Source: a virus
Virus record (IMG/VR): IMGVR_UViG_3300025834_000005
Direction: 5' to 3' (one strand)
Length of the DNA: 64,000 nucleotides
The notes under the pieces: generated by a model
Databases searched by the model: none
What the model saw: only the letters and a program-made list of their open reading frames with translations
What the model was told of the DNA's origin: nothing
In this document: positions 53,023 through 61,430 of the stretch, piece after piece
Position numbering within the stretch: the first letter of the stretch is position 1
Layout: each line of letters begins with the position of its first letter
Translations under genes and position numbers: made by a program

Positions 53023-54081
53023 ATGAAAGATTTATTAATAACAGCATTCAGGGATATTCAGGCTAAAGGTATTATTCCGCTTCAAAAAGACGGATTATAT
53101 CACACAGGCGATATATGCGCAGCGAATAATAATTGGTATAAGGCTGAATCCTTTTTATTTGACACTGACAATTACGAAATTTTTAGTGTAAAAAGACTCA
53201 CTGATAACGTTGAATTCCATATAGGCGACAGCTTTATCTGGTGTGAAGAGAAAATTTTAACGATAGATAAAATCAGTTATGAGGGTGGGTCAATTCTATT
53301 GAAAAATTCGGCTCGTGATAAAATAGCATATGGCGGTAACGTGCTATTCGCAAAAAAAGCGAATATTAAAAATATGCGTAGATTTGAATTAATAAAGAGA
53401 TACCCAAATAGTCCTGAATTAGGTGTAGTTGGATATGTCGGATATAAAGGTTTAAAACTTGAAGATTTTATAATGTTTACAGACAATTGGAAAGAGATTG
53501 AGAAATCTTTCAAGGTTTTACGATATGCTGACGGTTTCAGCGAATATTATTTAAAAAAGAATGGTATGTATACCGTTAACGGTAAAGACGAATACAGCTA
53601 TGCCGATTTAGCTCATTTCGTTAATAAAAATCTCCATATAAAAACTGTTCGCAGAGAATCTGATGGTGTTAATTTTACTCTTGGGGATAAAATAGTTAGC
53701 AGTAATAACAGTGTTTGTGCTATTGAGAGATTTATGATATCTGCTAATTTTTCCGACATAAAAATATACTCAAAAGACTCTGTATTAACATATATATCTC
53801 TTGAAAAAGCTGTATTGGTCGATATGCTATTCACAACAGCCGATGGCGTTATAATTACTGAGAAAAATTTTAATAATTACGACTACTTTTATGTGGGTGA
53901 AAATTACGGTATCTCACTTATTTGTTTTCCTATGGATTATGATTACAGCAGGTATCTAAACACTCTATTCACATCAAAAAAAGCTGCTGATAAATATATT
54001 TACGACCATAAGCCAGTATACACTGAAAAGGAATATCAACAAGCCTTAGCACCGAAAGGTGGTGACGGTATGTTTAACTAA
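53023..54081 (+). CDS. hypothetical protein
   Basis: ORF track. Confidence 0.65.
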   Translation: MKDLLITAFRDIQAKGIIPLQKDGLYHTGDICAANNNWYKAESFLFDTDNYEIFSVKRLTDNVEFHIGDSFIWCEEKILTIDKISYEGGSILLKNSARDKIAYGGNVLFAKKANIKNMRRFELIKRYPNSPELGVVGYVGYKGLKLEDFIMFTDNWKEIEKSFKVLRYADGFSEYYLKKNGMYTVNGKDEYSYADLAHFVNKNLHIKTVRRESDGVNFTLGDKIVSSNNSVCAIERFMISANFSDIKIYSKDSVLTYISLEKAVLVDMLFTTADGVIITEKNFNNYDYFYVGENYGISLICFPMDYDYSRYLNTLFTSKKAADKYIYDHKPVYTEKEYQQALAPKGGDGMFN

Positions 54082-54085
54082 TATA

Positions 54086-54601
54086 ATGGCAGAACTAATA
54101 TTTAATCGTGTGTGGGAAATGCCTAATAGTCGAACATTCGACATTAGATGCATTAAGAAACTGATCGGTAAGTATCATGCTGACGGTGTTGTAAGTATTG
54201 ACCCTTTCGCTAATTTGAATAAAATTGCAAGCATTACCAATGACTTAGACCCTGACATGGGAACTACGTATAATTTAGATGCTATGGACTTTTTGAAATT
54301 ATTTAAGGATAATAGCGTCGATTTTGTCTTATACGACCCACCATATTCAACACGTCAGGTATCTGAATGCTATAAGAAATTTGGTAGGACTGTGAATATG
54401 CAGACAACCCAAGCAAGCTTCTGGGGTAATTTAAAAAAAGAAATTGCTCGAATAGTTAAGCCTAATGGATTAGTGATCTCATTCGGTTGGAACTCAAACG
54501 GCATCGGTAAAACATTAAATTTTGAACAGCTTGAAATATTGATGGTTGCACATGGCGGAATACATAACGACACAATTTGCACCGTAGAACGTAAAAAATA
54601 A
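54086..54601 (+). CDS. small DNA methyltransferase (DPPY motif, N6A/N4C class)
   Basis: VLYDPPYSTRQ (motif IV) and SIDPFANLN (AdoMet-binding-like); start trimmed to ATG 54086. Confidence 0.7.
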   Translation: MAELIFNRVWEMPNSRTFDIRCIKKLIGKYHADGVVSIDPFANLNKIASITNDLDPDMGTTYNLDAMDFLKLFKDNSVDFVLYDPPYSTRQVSECYKKFGRTVNMQTTQASFWGNLKKEIARIVKPNGLVISFGWNSNGIGKTLNFEQLEILMVAHGGIHNDTICTVERKK

Positions 54602-54606
54602 ATATT

Positions 54607-54762
54607 ATGGACTTTGTATTATATGATAAAGAAATTTCAGAAAAGATTACATCACACGCAACTGTACGTCTCGACGAATTAGTGCAAGTACTAAAGGAAA
54701 ACCAAAGCAGCGGAATTCACCCAACATTCGAATTAACATATATAAGAAAAAATCATGCATAA
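54607..54762 (+). CDS. small hypothetical protein (51 aa)
   Basis: Read by hand. Confidence 0.45.
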   Translation: MDFVLYDKEISEKITSHATVRLDELVQVLKENQSSGIHPTFELTYIRKNHA

Positions 54763-55522
54763 AAATATTACAACAATAGAATTTAAGGATATCATATCCT
54801 TTCCATGCTTATCATGCGATTTGGGTGACGGCGACTGGTGCGTGACAACCTCTCTGTTTACAGTGCCTCGACATTACTTCCAGTTAGCATTACTATCGGA
54901 TGAAAGTTTCGTACCAAGGAACTCGCCCATATATTATGATGGTGAGATACATCAATCAAAAACAAATGAACCTAACGTGATGATAGTCGCTATATTTCCA
55001 AAAATGTATGAACTGCCAACATTTACGGATGAATTTATAGCTGAATGGCTTATAACACGACCAACTGGTGTTGATGTGGCATATTTGGAAGAAATGGGAC
55101 AAGATTATCATAAAGCTAAACTGTTCGTATTCAATGATTTGGTTCATTGTAAAATAATCGAACCGTTATTTAATGCCGAAGAAATAATCGAATTACATAA
55201 GAGAAATGATATTTCCACCAATATAACTACAGAGGTTTTAGCTGAAATGGAAACAAAACTTGATAAAGCTCTTGAAGATGAAAGCGAGGAAACCCTAACA
55301 GCTTGGGTTGAAGAACAGCGTGAAAAAGACAAAATTCTATGTAAGCTTATCCCTAAAACGATGGCATTTGAATTTGCTGAATATTGTGGAGAAGGCTATA
55401 TTAAATGTGGCGGTGGCTGGATGTCTAAATATGCATCGCAAATAAAATCAAGCATTTATACAACAGCCGATTTATTCGAATCATATAAAACGTTTAAATA
55501 TTTTTTTACAAATGGAAGATAA
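54755..55522 (+). CDS. hypothetical protein
   Basis: ORF track. Confidence 0.6.
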   Translation: MHKNITTIEFKDIISFPCLSCDLGDGDWCVTTSLFTVPRHYFQLALLSDESFVPRNSPIYYDGEIHQSKTNEPNVMIVAIFPKMYELPTFTDEFIAEWLITRPTGVDVAYLEEMGQDYHKAKLFVFNDLVHCKIIEPLFNAEEIIELHKRNDISTNITTEVLAEMETKLDKALEDESEETLTAWVEEQREKDKILCKLIPKTMAFEFAEYCGEGYIKCGGGWMSKYASQIKSSIYTTADLFESYKTFKYFFTNGR

Positions 55523-55616
55523 AAGAGTTAAATGCCTAAGTTGTGGTATTATACATTATAGCGTTATTTGTCCAAATTGTAATTCTGTGGTTTGTGCTGA
55601 TGTTATCGATAAATAA
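55512..55616 (+). CDS. 34-aa zinc-ribbon peptide
   Basis: Read by hand; CLSCG...CPNCN. Confidence 0.4.
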   Translation: MEDKRVKCLSCGIIHYSVICPNCNSVVCADVIDK

Positions 55617-55629
55617 AATTCACCAAATT

Positions 55630-55659
55630 TGTAACAAATACATATTTTTCACGTATAAT
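55630..55659 (+). promoter_or_regulatory. phage promoter-like motif (variant)
   Basis: TGTAACA 55630; CACGTATAAT 55650; ATG 55677. Confidence 0.6.
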
Positions 55660-55676
55660 AAATAAAATTCACGATA

Positions 55677-55958
55677 ATGGAAATAGATGAACTGAAATTA
55701 GGAAATGATCTTCACGAAAAAATCAAAAAATCTGATGACCTTTTGGATTGCTTTGATTGGATTGCCGAAGATGAAAATGGTAACGTAACAAACTGCGGAA
55801 GTAGAAACCCAAGGCTAATCATCGAATTTGACGGTAATGACGATGATCGGGAAACCATGAAAGTCCCTTTCGTATTAAATCCTGTCTTAATCGAAATGAT
55901 TAAAGATTTCATTAGACATGAGAGATTTAAATTAGCCAAAGAATTTAAGGAATTGTGA
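55677..55958 (+). CDS. hypothetical protein
   Basis: ORF track. Confidence 0.6.
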   Translation: MEIDELKLGNDLHEKIKKSDDLLDCFDWIAEDENGNVTNCGSRNPRLIIEFDGNDDDRETMKVPFVLNPVLIEMIKDFIRHERFKLAKEFKEL

Positions 55959-56114
55959 AAATACCCAACCCAAAAACAGAAATTGCTTATTGGGAAGAGG
56001 GACAGAAAAATCCATACCCTTGGTATAAGAAAGGGTTTTTCAAAAAGTATCTAAGAAAGAAATTTCTACGAAAAATATTCGCACAGGATAATAACAATCA
56101 TAAATAATAAAAAC

Positions 56115-56483
56115 ATGTATAAAGAGAACGAAGTAGAAGGAACTGTCTTAGAATTTGACGGCGAGGTAATTGCAACAGCTGAACAATGTAACGGCGAAAT
56201 AATTCCGACAAAGGAATTATCAAATAATAATGGTTCATTCAAAGGATTTAGTCCTGCTGAATATTATCTGTTAACAGTTAAGTCATTATTGCTATCGCAA
56301 TTATCATTAATGCGTAATGTATTCCCAGATAGTGACGCATGGTATTGCGGTTCAGCTATTATCGGCGATCTTAGCAATTGTAGAAATTTGAGTTTTGTAT
56401 TTGGCTCAGAAGAAGATGCCGAATCCATTAAAGAAGGCTCAGATGTTTACGTTGAATTACCTTATCCTGTAGTAAATGAATAA
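56115..56483 (+). CDS. hypothetical protein
   Basis: ORF track. Confidence 0.6.
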   Translation: MYKENEVEGTVLEFDGEVIATAEQCNGEIIPTKELSNNNGSFKGFSPAEYYLLTVKSLLLSQLSLMRNVFPDSDAWYCGSAIIGDLSNCRNLSFVFGSEEDAESIKEGSDVYVELPYPVVNE

Positions 56484-56694
56484 TTGGATTAAATTAGAAG
56501 CACAATTTCCAGCAAATGGTCGAGAGGTTATTTGCTGGAATGGCACATCTGCTGTAATGGCTATCTATTTCGATGGTATCGGAGGTGGCTTTCAGGCTCA
56601 ACGCTATGCGACAATTGGTGATAGAATATCAGTATTATACTGGAATAATGTAACTCATTGGATGCCAAAACCCTTAAAACCAGAGGAATTGTGA
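56476..56694 (+). CDS. hypothetical protein
   Basis: ORF track. Confidence 0.55.
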   Translation: MNNWIKLEAQFPANGREVICWNGTSAVMAIYFDGIGGGFQAQRYATIGDRISVLYWNNVTHWMPKPLKPEEL

Positions 56695-56963
56695 GCATAC
56701 TTCAAGATATCATCGAATCATATGATGACGAAACATTTTTAAAAGCCGATGGCTTCGACGAAGCAATTATAGGCGTTGATGAAGCCACTATGAGACTAAT
56801 CTATTCAGTATCCAAATGTTTGGATATATTAATCAAACGTGATGGACTGTTATGGGAAGAAGCTGTTGAGCATTTCAACTTCAATGTAAGCGGAGCATAT
56901 ATGGGTGTGAAAACGCCAATCTGGTGTGAAGATCAATTTGAATCCTTTCGTGATGAAAAATAA
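56658..56963 (+). CDS. hypothetical protein (alternative in-frame GTG start at 56691, GTGA overlap)
   Basis: ORF track. Confidence 0.55.
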   Translation: MDAKTLKTRGIVSILQDIIESYDDETFLKADGFDEAIIGVDEATMRLIYSVSKCLDILIKRDGLLWEEAVEHFNFNVSGAYMGVKTPIWCEDQFESFRDEK

Positions 56964-57008
56964 TCTACAATCACCCCGAAAAATATTTCGAAAATAATTA
57001 AAGATTTT

Positions 57009-57038
57009 TGTAACATTTGAAAAGTTCTTACGTATAAC
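57009..57038 (+). promoter_or_regulatory. phage promoter-like bipartite motif
   Basis: TGTAACA 57009; TACGTATAAC 57029; ATG 57068. Confidence 0.65.
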
Positions 57039-57067
57039 GAAGAAACAATAATTAAAACAATAAAAAT

Positions 57068-58501
57068 ATGAGTAAATTGAACCCTATTTTAAAAAGTGGC
57101 GTTTCTGATTTAAAATCAGATGAAAGACTTGCTGGTGGATTTGGAACCAGAGCAGCTAAACAAGACGAATTAGCTCTATTACGTAGAGTTGTTTTAGCGA
57201 ACCTATTATGGGAAAACATTGCGTATGCTAACGGTGAAGATGTTTCAACACAGATCAGCCAGTTGATTCCGCAATGTAATCCTCAAGATGTTGCTGATCT
57301 TGCTGTTGAGGCGAGACTTGAGCAGAAATTGCGTCATACTCCTTTGTTTATTTGTGTTGAAATGCTGAAACACGTTGGATATTCTGCGTTGGTTGCCGAT
57401 ATCTTACCAAAGATTATCACAAGAGCAGACATGATTACAGACTTTCTTGCTATCTACAAGAAACAGAATGGCGGTAAGCTAAAGCCTTTGGCTGCTGCTG
57501 CTAAGAAAGGTTTGGCGAAAGCATTCGATAACTTTAACGAATACCAATTCGCTAAATATGACAGGGATGCCGAGATCAAGTTAAGGGATGCTATGTTTTT
57601 AGCTCACCCAAAACCATCTTCACAGGAAAAGATTGAACTTTACAAGAAAGTTGCTGATCGTACTTTGAAAACTCCTGATACATGGGAAGTTGCTTTATCG
57701 ACAGGTAAAGATAAGAAAGCCACATGGGAGAGATTGATCGATGAAAAGAAAATCGGTGGTTTGGCAATGTTGCGCAATGTACGTAATATGGTTCAGTCGG
57801 GTGTTAACTCGAATAGCATTAGAAAGGGATTGAAAAATCTAAATAGTTCGATGTTATTGCCTTTCAATTTCTTAACAGCCTCAAGGTTTGCACCTGAGTA
57901 TTCGAGAGATATTGAGGATGCTATGGTTGAGTCTTATAAGAATCTTCCTAAATTATCTGGAAAGACATTATTCATTGTCGATATTTCAGGCTCAATGGGT
58001 GCTAAATTATCTGACAAGTCGGGAATGTCCAGAATGGATGCTGCTTGTGCAATGGCTATGCTTGCGATTAATCAATGTGAAAACTATGAAATCGTAGCAA
58101 CTGCTGGGAATGATGGTTCGCATAAAGGTGCTCATAAGCATATTCTAAATCCAAAAAAGGGATTCGATGTGTTCAAGCAAATTCAAAGTGCTGGAAGTGA
58201 AATCGGCTGTGGTGGTATTTTCACCAGACAGTGTATCGAATGGTGTAAAGCCAACGTATCTGATACATTCGACAGAATTATCATATTCTCTGACTCACAG
58301 GATTGCGATCTTATGAATGCGAGAATTCCAGCACCTTACGGCAAATATAACTATATTTGCGACGTATCGTCAAATGAGAGAGGCGTTAACTTTAGGAATG
58401 TATGGGATGCCGAAATTACAGGTATGTCTGAAAACTTCCTAACATATATCGCTGCAAACGAAGGTCTAACAAATAAATTTGACGACCAGAGTGAAAATTA
58501 A
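57068..58501 (+). CDS. rsr: Ro60 ortholog (TROVE domain + C-terminal vWA)
   Basis: TROVE signatures ...TPDTWEVALS..., GGLAMLRNVRNMVQSG; vWA MIDAS FIVDISGSMG. Confidence 0.85.
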   Translation: MSKLNPILKSGVSDLKSDERLAGGFGTRAAKQDELALLRRVVLANLLWENIAYANGEDVSTQISQLIPQCNPQDVADLAVEARLEQKLRHTPLFICVEMLKHVGYSALVADILPKIITRADMITDFLAIYKKQNGGKLKPLAAAAKKGLAKAFDNFNEYQFAKYDRDAEIKLRDAMFLAHPKPSSQEKIELYKKVADRTLKTPDTWEVALSTGKDKKATWERLIDEKKIGGLAMLRNVRNMVQSGVNSNSIRKGLKNLNSSMLLPFNFLTASRFAPEYSRDIEDAMVESYKNLPKLSGKTLFIVDISGSMGAKLSDKSGMSRMDAACAMAMLAINQCENYEIVATAGNDGSHKGAHKHILNPKKGFDVFKQIQSAGSEIGCGGIFTRQCIEWCKANVSDTFDRIIIFSDSQDCDLMNARIPAPYGKYNYICDVSSNERGVNFRNVWDAEITGMSENFLTYIAANEGLTNKFDDQSEN

Positions 58502-58504
58502 TCA

Positions 58505-58554
58505 ACAAAGGTACTATTTATACTTGCAAATTAAATATTAAATAGTACCTTTGT
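58505..58554 (+). terminator. 16-bp perfect hairpin with an 18-nt loop
   Basis: ACAAAGGTACTATTTA 58505-58520 pairs with TAAATAGTACCTTTGT 58539-58554. Confidence 0.55.
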
Positions 58555-58570
58555 AAAAATATTAAGTAAT

Positions 58571-58635
58571 AGCGTTCGGTAAGGGTTACTTCCTCCATAA
58601 ATGAAATCACACCCTACCATCAGTTCTTTGCTTAC
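58571..58635 (+). ncRNA. structured RNA module U1 (Y-RNA-like candidate)
   Basis: AGCGTTC + helix GGTAAGGGT (58578-58586) / ACCCTACC (58611-58618) + tail ATCAGTTCTTTGCTTAC. Confidence 0.5.
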
Positions 58636-58650
58636 AAAAATTTAGATAAT

Positions 58651-58720
58651 GGCGTTCGATACGGTTACTTCCTTTTACGAAATATTCACCGTATTATCTT
58701 TTTCCTTATCTATTTATATC
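58651..58720 (+). ncRNA. structured RNA module U2
   Basis: GGCGTTC + helix GATACGGT (58658-58665) / ACCGTAT (58688-58694) + tail TATCTTTTTCCTTATC... Confidence 0.5.
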
Positions 58721-58785
58721 GGAGTGTGTCTTGGCTTGTAATGCAGTATACGGTATTATATGAGGATCGTCCCCTCGCACACCGA
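58720..58785 (+). ncRNA. short tRNA-like element (acceptor/T-arm minihelix plus one hairpin)
   Basis: CGGAGTG/CACACCG (1 mismatch); T-arm-like TGAGG-ATCGTCC-CCTCG; no D arm. Confidence 0.25.
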
Positions 58786-58797
58786 CAAATGAATAAT

Positions 58798-58909
58798 GGC
58801 GTTAGAAACAGTTTCATCAACTCAATCTCAATAATTAAGATCAACTCAATCTCAATAATTAAGTAAATACAAAACTCTGTCTCTCATTTTCCTTATTCAT
58901 CTATATTAT
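58798..58909 (+). ncRNA. structured RNA module U3 (contains a 24-nt tandem duplication)
   Basis: GGCGTTA + helix GAAACAG (58805-58811) / CTGTCTC (58877-58883) + tail TCATTTTCCTTATTCATC... Confidence 0.45.
58817..58864 (+). repeat. tandem duplication 2 x 24 nt
   Basis: TCAACTCAATCTCAATAATTAAGA at 58817-58840 and TCAACTCAATCTCAATAATTAAGT at 58841-58864. Confidence 0.9.
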
Positions 58910-59033
58910 AGGGCGTTAGCTCAGTTGGTAGAGCGCGAAATTCTCTTTTACACCTTTTCCCTTTATTGTGGCGTTCGTAAAAGTTACTTCATTCTTAATG
59001 ACGAGGTCGGTGGTTCGAGTCCATCATGCCCTA
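58910..59033 (+). tRNA. tRNA-Lys(CUU)-like gene interrupted by a 51-nt insert in the anticodon stem
   Basis: Acceptor AGGGCGT/ATGCCCT. D arm GCTC-AGTTGGTA-GAGC. T arm GGTGG-TTCGAGT-CCATC. Variable region AGGTC. Deleting 58938-58988 gives stem CGTCA/TGACG and loop TTCTTAA. Confidence 0.65.
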
Positions 59034-59044
59034 CGAAAAACAAT

Positions 59045-59120
59045 AGTGTTCGAGACAGTTTCATCAAAAAAATCGAAATTTTTATACAAAAAACTCTGTC
59101 TTAACTGTTCTTTGTTTTTT
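59045..59120 (+). ncRNA. structured RNA module U5
   Basis: AGTGTTC + helix GAGACAG (59052-59058) / CTGTCTT (59096-59102) + tail AACTGTTCTTTGTTTTTTTT. Confidence 0.45.
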
Positions 59121-59128
59121 TTGAATAT

Positions 59129-59164
59129 AAAAGGTCAACATACTCAAAATATGTTGACCTTTTT
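59129..59164 (+). terminator. 13-bp hairpin + T-run abutting the promoter box 1
   Basis: AAAAGGTCAACAT 59129-59141 pairs with ATGTTGACCTTTT 59151-59163. Confidence 0.7.
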
Positions 59165-59194
59165 TGTAACCTTTTTTATCGAGTTACGTATAAT
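59165..59194 (+). promoter_or_regulatory. phage promoter-like bipartite motif
   Basis: TGTAACC 59165; TACGTATAAT 59185; ATG 59220. Confidence 0.7.
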
Positions 59195-59219
59195 ATAGAA
59201 ACAATTTAAATTTATTGAA

Positions 59220-59777
59220 ATGTTAAAAAATACTGAAATTAAGATCATCGACTTTAGAACGTCGTTAAACAAAGAAAACGAAAATGAATACGTTATTCAG
59301 CCTAATTATAAGGTTCAATACGAGAACGTTATAATTGAATTAAAAGGTAAAACATTTCTCGTTAATATTGGCTGTCAGAGTGTGACAATCAATAAGGATA
59401 ATGTATTACCAATCGCTCAAGAGTTTGAGGGTATCGATAAAAAACCAGTGCTTTACAAACTAATTTTGCCAAATGATGATAAACGTGAATTAAAATCAAT
59501 GAGAAATCTCCCAATATATAAAGAGTCTTCGCCATCCTTACACATATCGTCAAATGGTAAAGTTTATGACAGAGAGAAATTTAGCATCGTTGAAAAAACG
59601 ATAACGCCATCTAATGAGTATTTTAAGAAAAGTGATACGTTGAGCACTGTGCAATATTTAAAAAAAGACCGTAGATTGTACAGGGACGACATACAAAATA
59701 TAAGAAAAATTTTAAATACAATGTGCGATCATTTTAACATTGAATACCCTGACGTTAAAGACTCTAAAAATGAGTAG
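59220..59777 (+). CDS. hypothetical protein
   Basis: ORF track. Confidence 0.65.
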   Translation: MLKNTEIKIIDFRTSLNKENENEYVIQPNYKVQYENVIIELKGKTFLVNIGCQSVTINKDNVLPIAQEFEGIDKKPVLYKLILPNDDKRELKSMRNLPIYKESSPSLHISSNGKVYDREKFSIVEKTITPSNEYFKKSDTLSTVQYLKKDRRLYRDDIQNIRKILNTMCDHFNIEYPDVKDSKNE

Positions 59778-59907
59778 TTCCGAGGTTAAAATAGAGTTTC
59801 CATCGCCAAAATTAATCGCATGGCTGGTTGCGGAACGAAAGCGTCAAAAAGAGAAAATGGATATGTTAAAGATCACCGAAACAGATACAAATATAATAAG
59901 AAAATGA
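59770..59907 (+). CDS. small hypothetical protein (45 aa), alternative to the 5' part of track ORF 59820..60188
   Basis: Read by hand. ATG overlaps the upstream stop, and its TGA forms an ATGA overlap with in-frame ATG 59904 of the next ORF. Confidence 0.4.
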   Translation: MSSSEVKIEFPSPKLIAWLVAERKRQKEKMDMLKITETDTNIIRK

Positions 59908-60188
59908 AAAAAGCTAAAGAAGTTAATTTAAAAAAAATACTGGCACAAGTATTTGCCATTGCGGCTAATTCTGAATCGTTTTTATCACTCGGTTTGAAAG
60001 ATGAACAGTTATTACAGACAGTTGTATTAACCGCAATGAAAGAAGCCTGTGAGCAGACAATCAAGCTTTGTGTCGATAACGCTGCCGTCACAACAAAAAA
60101 AGTGCCTACTGGTAGTTTTGGTATATTCTATCCTTTAAAAATTGTCGATAAAAAATCAATAAAAAACACTTTAAAACAAATAGTATAA
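59904..60188 (+). CDS. hypothetical protein (the start could instead be 59820)
   Basis: Track ORF 59820..60188; its first 28 codons are low-complexity basic and overlap the 45-aa ORF. Confidence 0.5.
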   Translation: MKKAKEVNLKKILAQVFAIAANSESFLSLGLKDEQLLQTVVLTAMKEACEQTIKLCVDNAAVTTKKVPTGSFGIFYPLKIVDKKSIKNTLKQIV

Positions 60189-60189
60189 T

Positions 60190-60459
60190 ATGGAATTGAA
60201 AATGAATAGTAACTTCTCAGTGCTTTACGATGGTAAGCCAATGATGAAAGCAATTACAACCCAGAAAAGGGATATGACCGAAGATGAAAAAAGAAATTTC
60301 ATCGAAAAGTTGAATCTGGCGTATAAAACCGTCAACGAGCTTACTGATCAATTAGCCGAAATTTACAAGCTACACTCAAACAGAAATCTGAGCGATGCTA
60401 TGGTCTCTGCGGCTGAATGCCAACGATCTATAAATGTTTTTAACAGCTCCCTACAGTAA
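60190..60459 (+). CDS. hypothetical protein
   Basis: ORF track. Confidence 0.6.
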   Translation: MELKMNSNFSVLYDGKPMMKAITTQKRDMTEDEKRNFIEKLNLAYKTVNELTDQLAEIYKLHSNRNLSDAMVSAAECQRSINVFNSSLQ

Positions 60460-60650
60460 TGCCGATATTTAAAAGTGTTAAGGTGGAATTAGAAAATGGC
60501 GATATAGTTGATATCACTGATCTACCGCAAGATAAATATGAGTATTTCTTAAATATGATTGTTATGATAAACAATGCATACAGATTAATGATACTTAAAG
60601 GCGAAATAATTAATTCAAATAATTATGAATCACAACCCTTACAATCTTGA
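60459..60650 (+). CDS. hypothetical protein
   Basis: ORF track. Confidence 0.55.
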   Translation: MPIFKSVKVELENGDIVDITDLPQDKYEYFLNMIVMINNAYRLMILKGEIINSNNYESQPLQS

Positions 60651-60816
60651 AGTTGGCGACGAAGTCGTTTTAGACGCCGACTTTGCTAATCATGGTCTTG
60701 TTACTATTGAGTCATTCACGCCACTCAAACTATATGCTATGGTGCGATCAGGCACTACTTGCTGGGAAACTATGACAGGTAGATTAACTCCAAAAACAGA
60801 AAAAGATGTTAAATAA
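60625..60816 (+). CDS. hypothetical protein
   Basis: ORF track. Confidence 0.5.
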   Translation: MNHNPYNLEVGDEVVLDADFANHGLVTIESFTPLKLYAMVRSGTTCWETMTGRLTPKTEKDVK

Positions 60817-61186
60817 TGAGAAAATAAGTCTCTATGAGAAAATAGAAAGCCATCTTATTAATAAATTTAAGGATGATATGATCTCAGAATTAAAGAAAAA
60901 TAGGAATAAAGGCACTATTTTAGACATGACAGACTTTAACGCCATAATAGCTGAAATGGAGTATCATAAAGCCAAACTATTTTTAGCTATACGAGTAAAA
61001 AATGAAGGTGCTATACGTGAATATATTGCAGACACAGCTAATTATTTGTTCGCTATAGGTAATTTGTTCGGACTTTACGATGAAGAGGCTAATAATCCAG
61101 AAACATGCTTCGAAATTAATAAAGAAGCCGAATTATTCATAGAGATTCCAATTAACAAGAAATCATTAGGGCAAACTCTTATTTAA
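60806..61186 (+). CDS. hypothetical protein (weak all-alpha MazG-like pattern)
   Basis: ORF track; EMEYHKAKLF...IADTANYLF is only suggestive. Confidence 0.55.
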   Translation: MLNNEKISLYEKIESHLINKFKDDMISELKKNRNKGTILDMTDFNAIIAEMEYHKAKLFLAIRVKNEGAIREYIADTANYLFAIGNLFGLYDEEANNPETCFEINKEAELFIEIPINKKSLGQTLI

Positions 61187-61187
61187 A

Positions 61188-61430
61188 ATGGCATTATTAA
61201 CTGATAACTCTGATTTTAGTACCGTCTATTTCCGAATTATAACTGGAAACGATGGTGATTACTATCCGCAGATCATTTCTGAGGACGAAAATGGTAATCT
61301 GAATACGGCTGGTATAAGGGTTTGTATGAGCGGAGGAAATGCTCCTACTGATGTTAAATTGGCTATTGCTAATTTATACCGAGCATTGGAGAAACATCAT
61401 CTGAATGAATATCCAAATGATGCTCCATAA
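61188..61430 (+). CDS. hypothetical protein
   Basis: ORF track. Confidence 0.55.
   Translation: MALLTDNSDFSTVYFRIITGNDGDYYPQIISEDENGNLNTAGIRVCMSGGNAPTDVKLAIANLYRALEKHHLNEYPNDAP

Noticed and set aside
58571-59128. Interpreting the five RNA modules simply as decayed tRNA pseudogene fragments
   Set aside because: The 5' motif does resemble a tRNA 5' end (GGCGTTAG). However, the compensatory helix changes across copies and the conserved U-rich tails argue for a maintained structure. This is not fully excluded.
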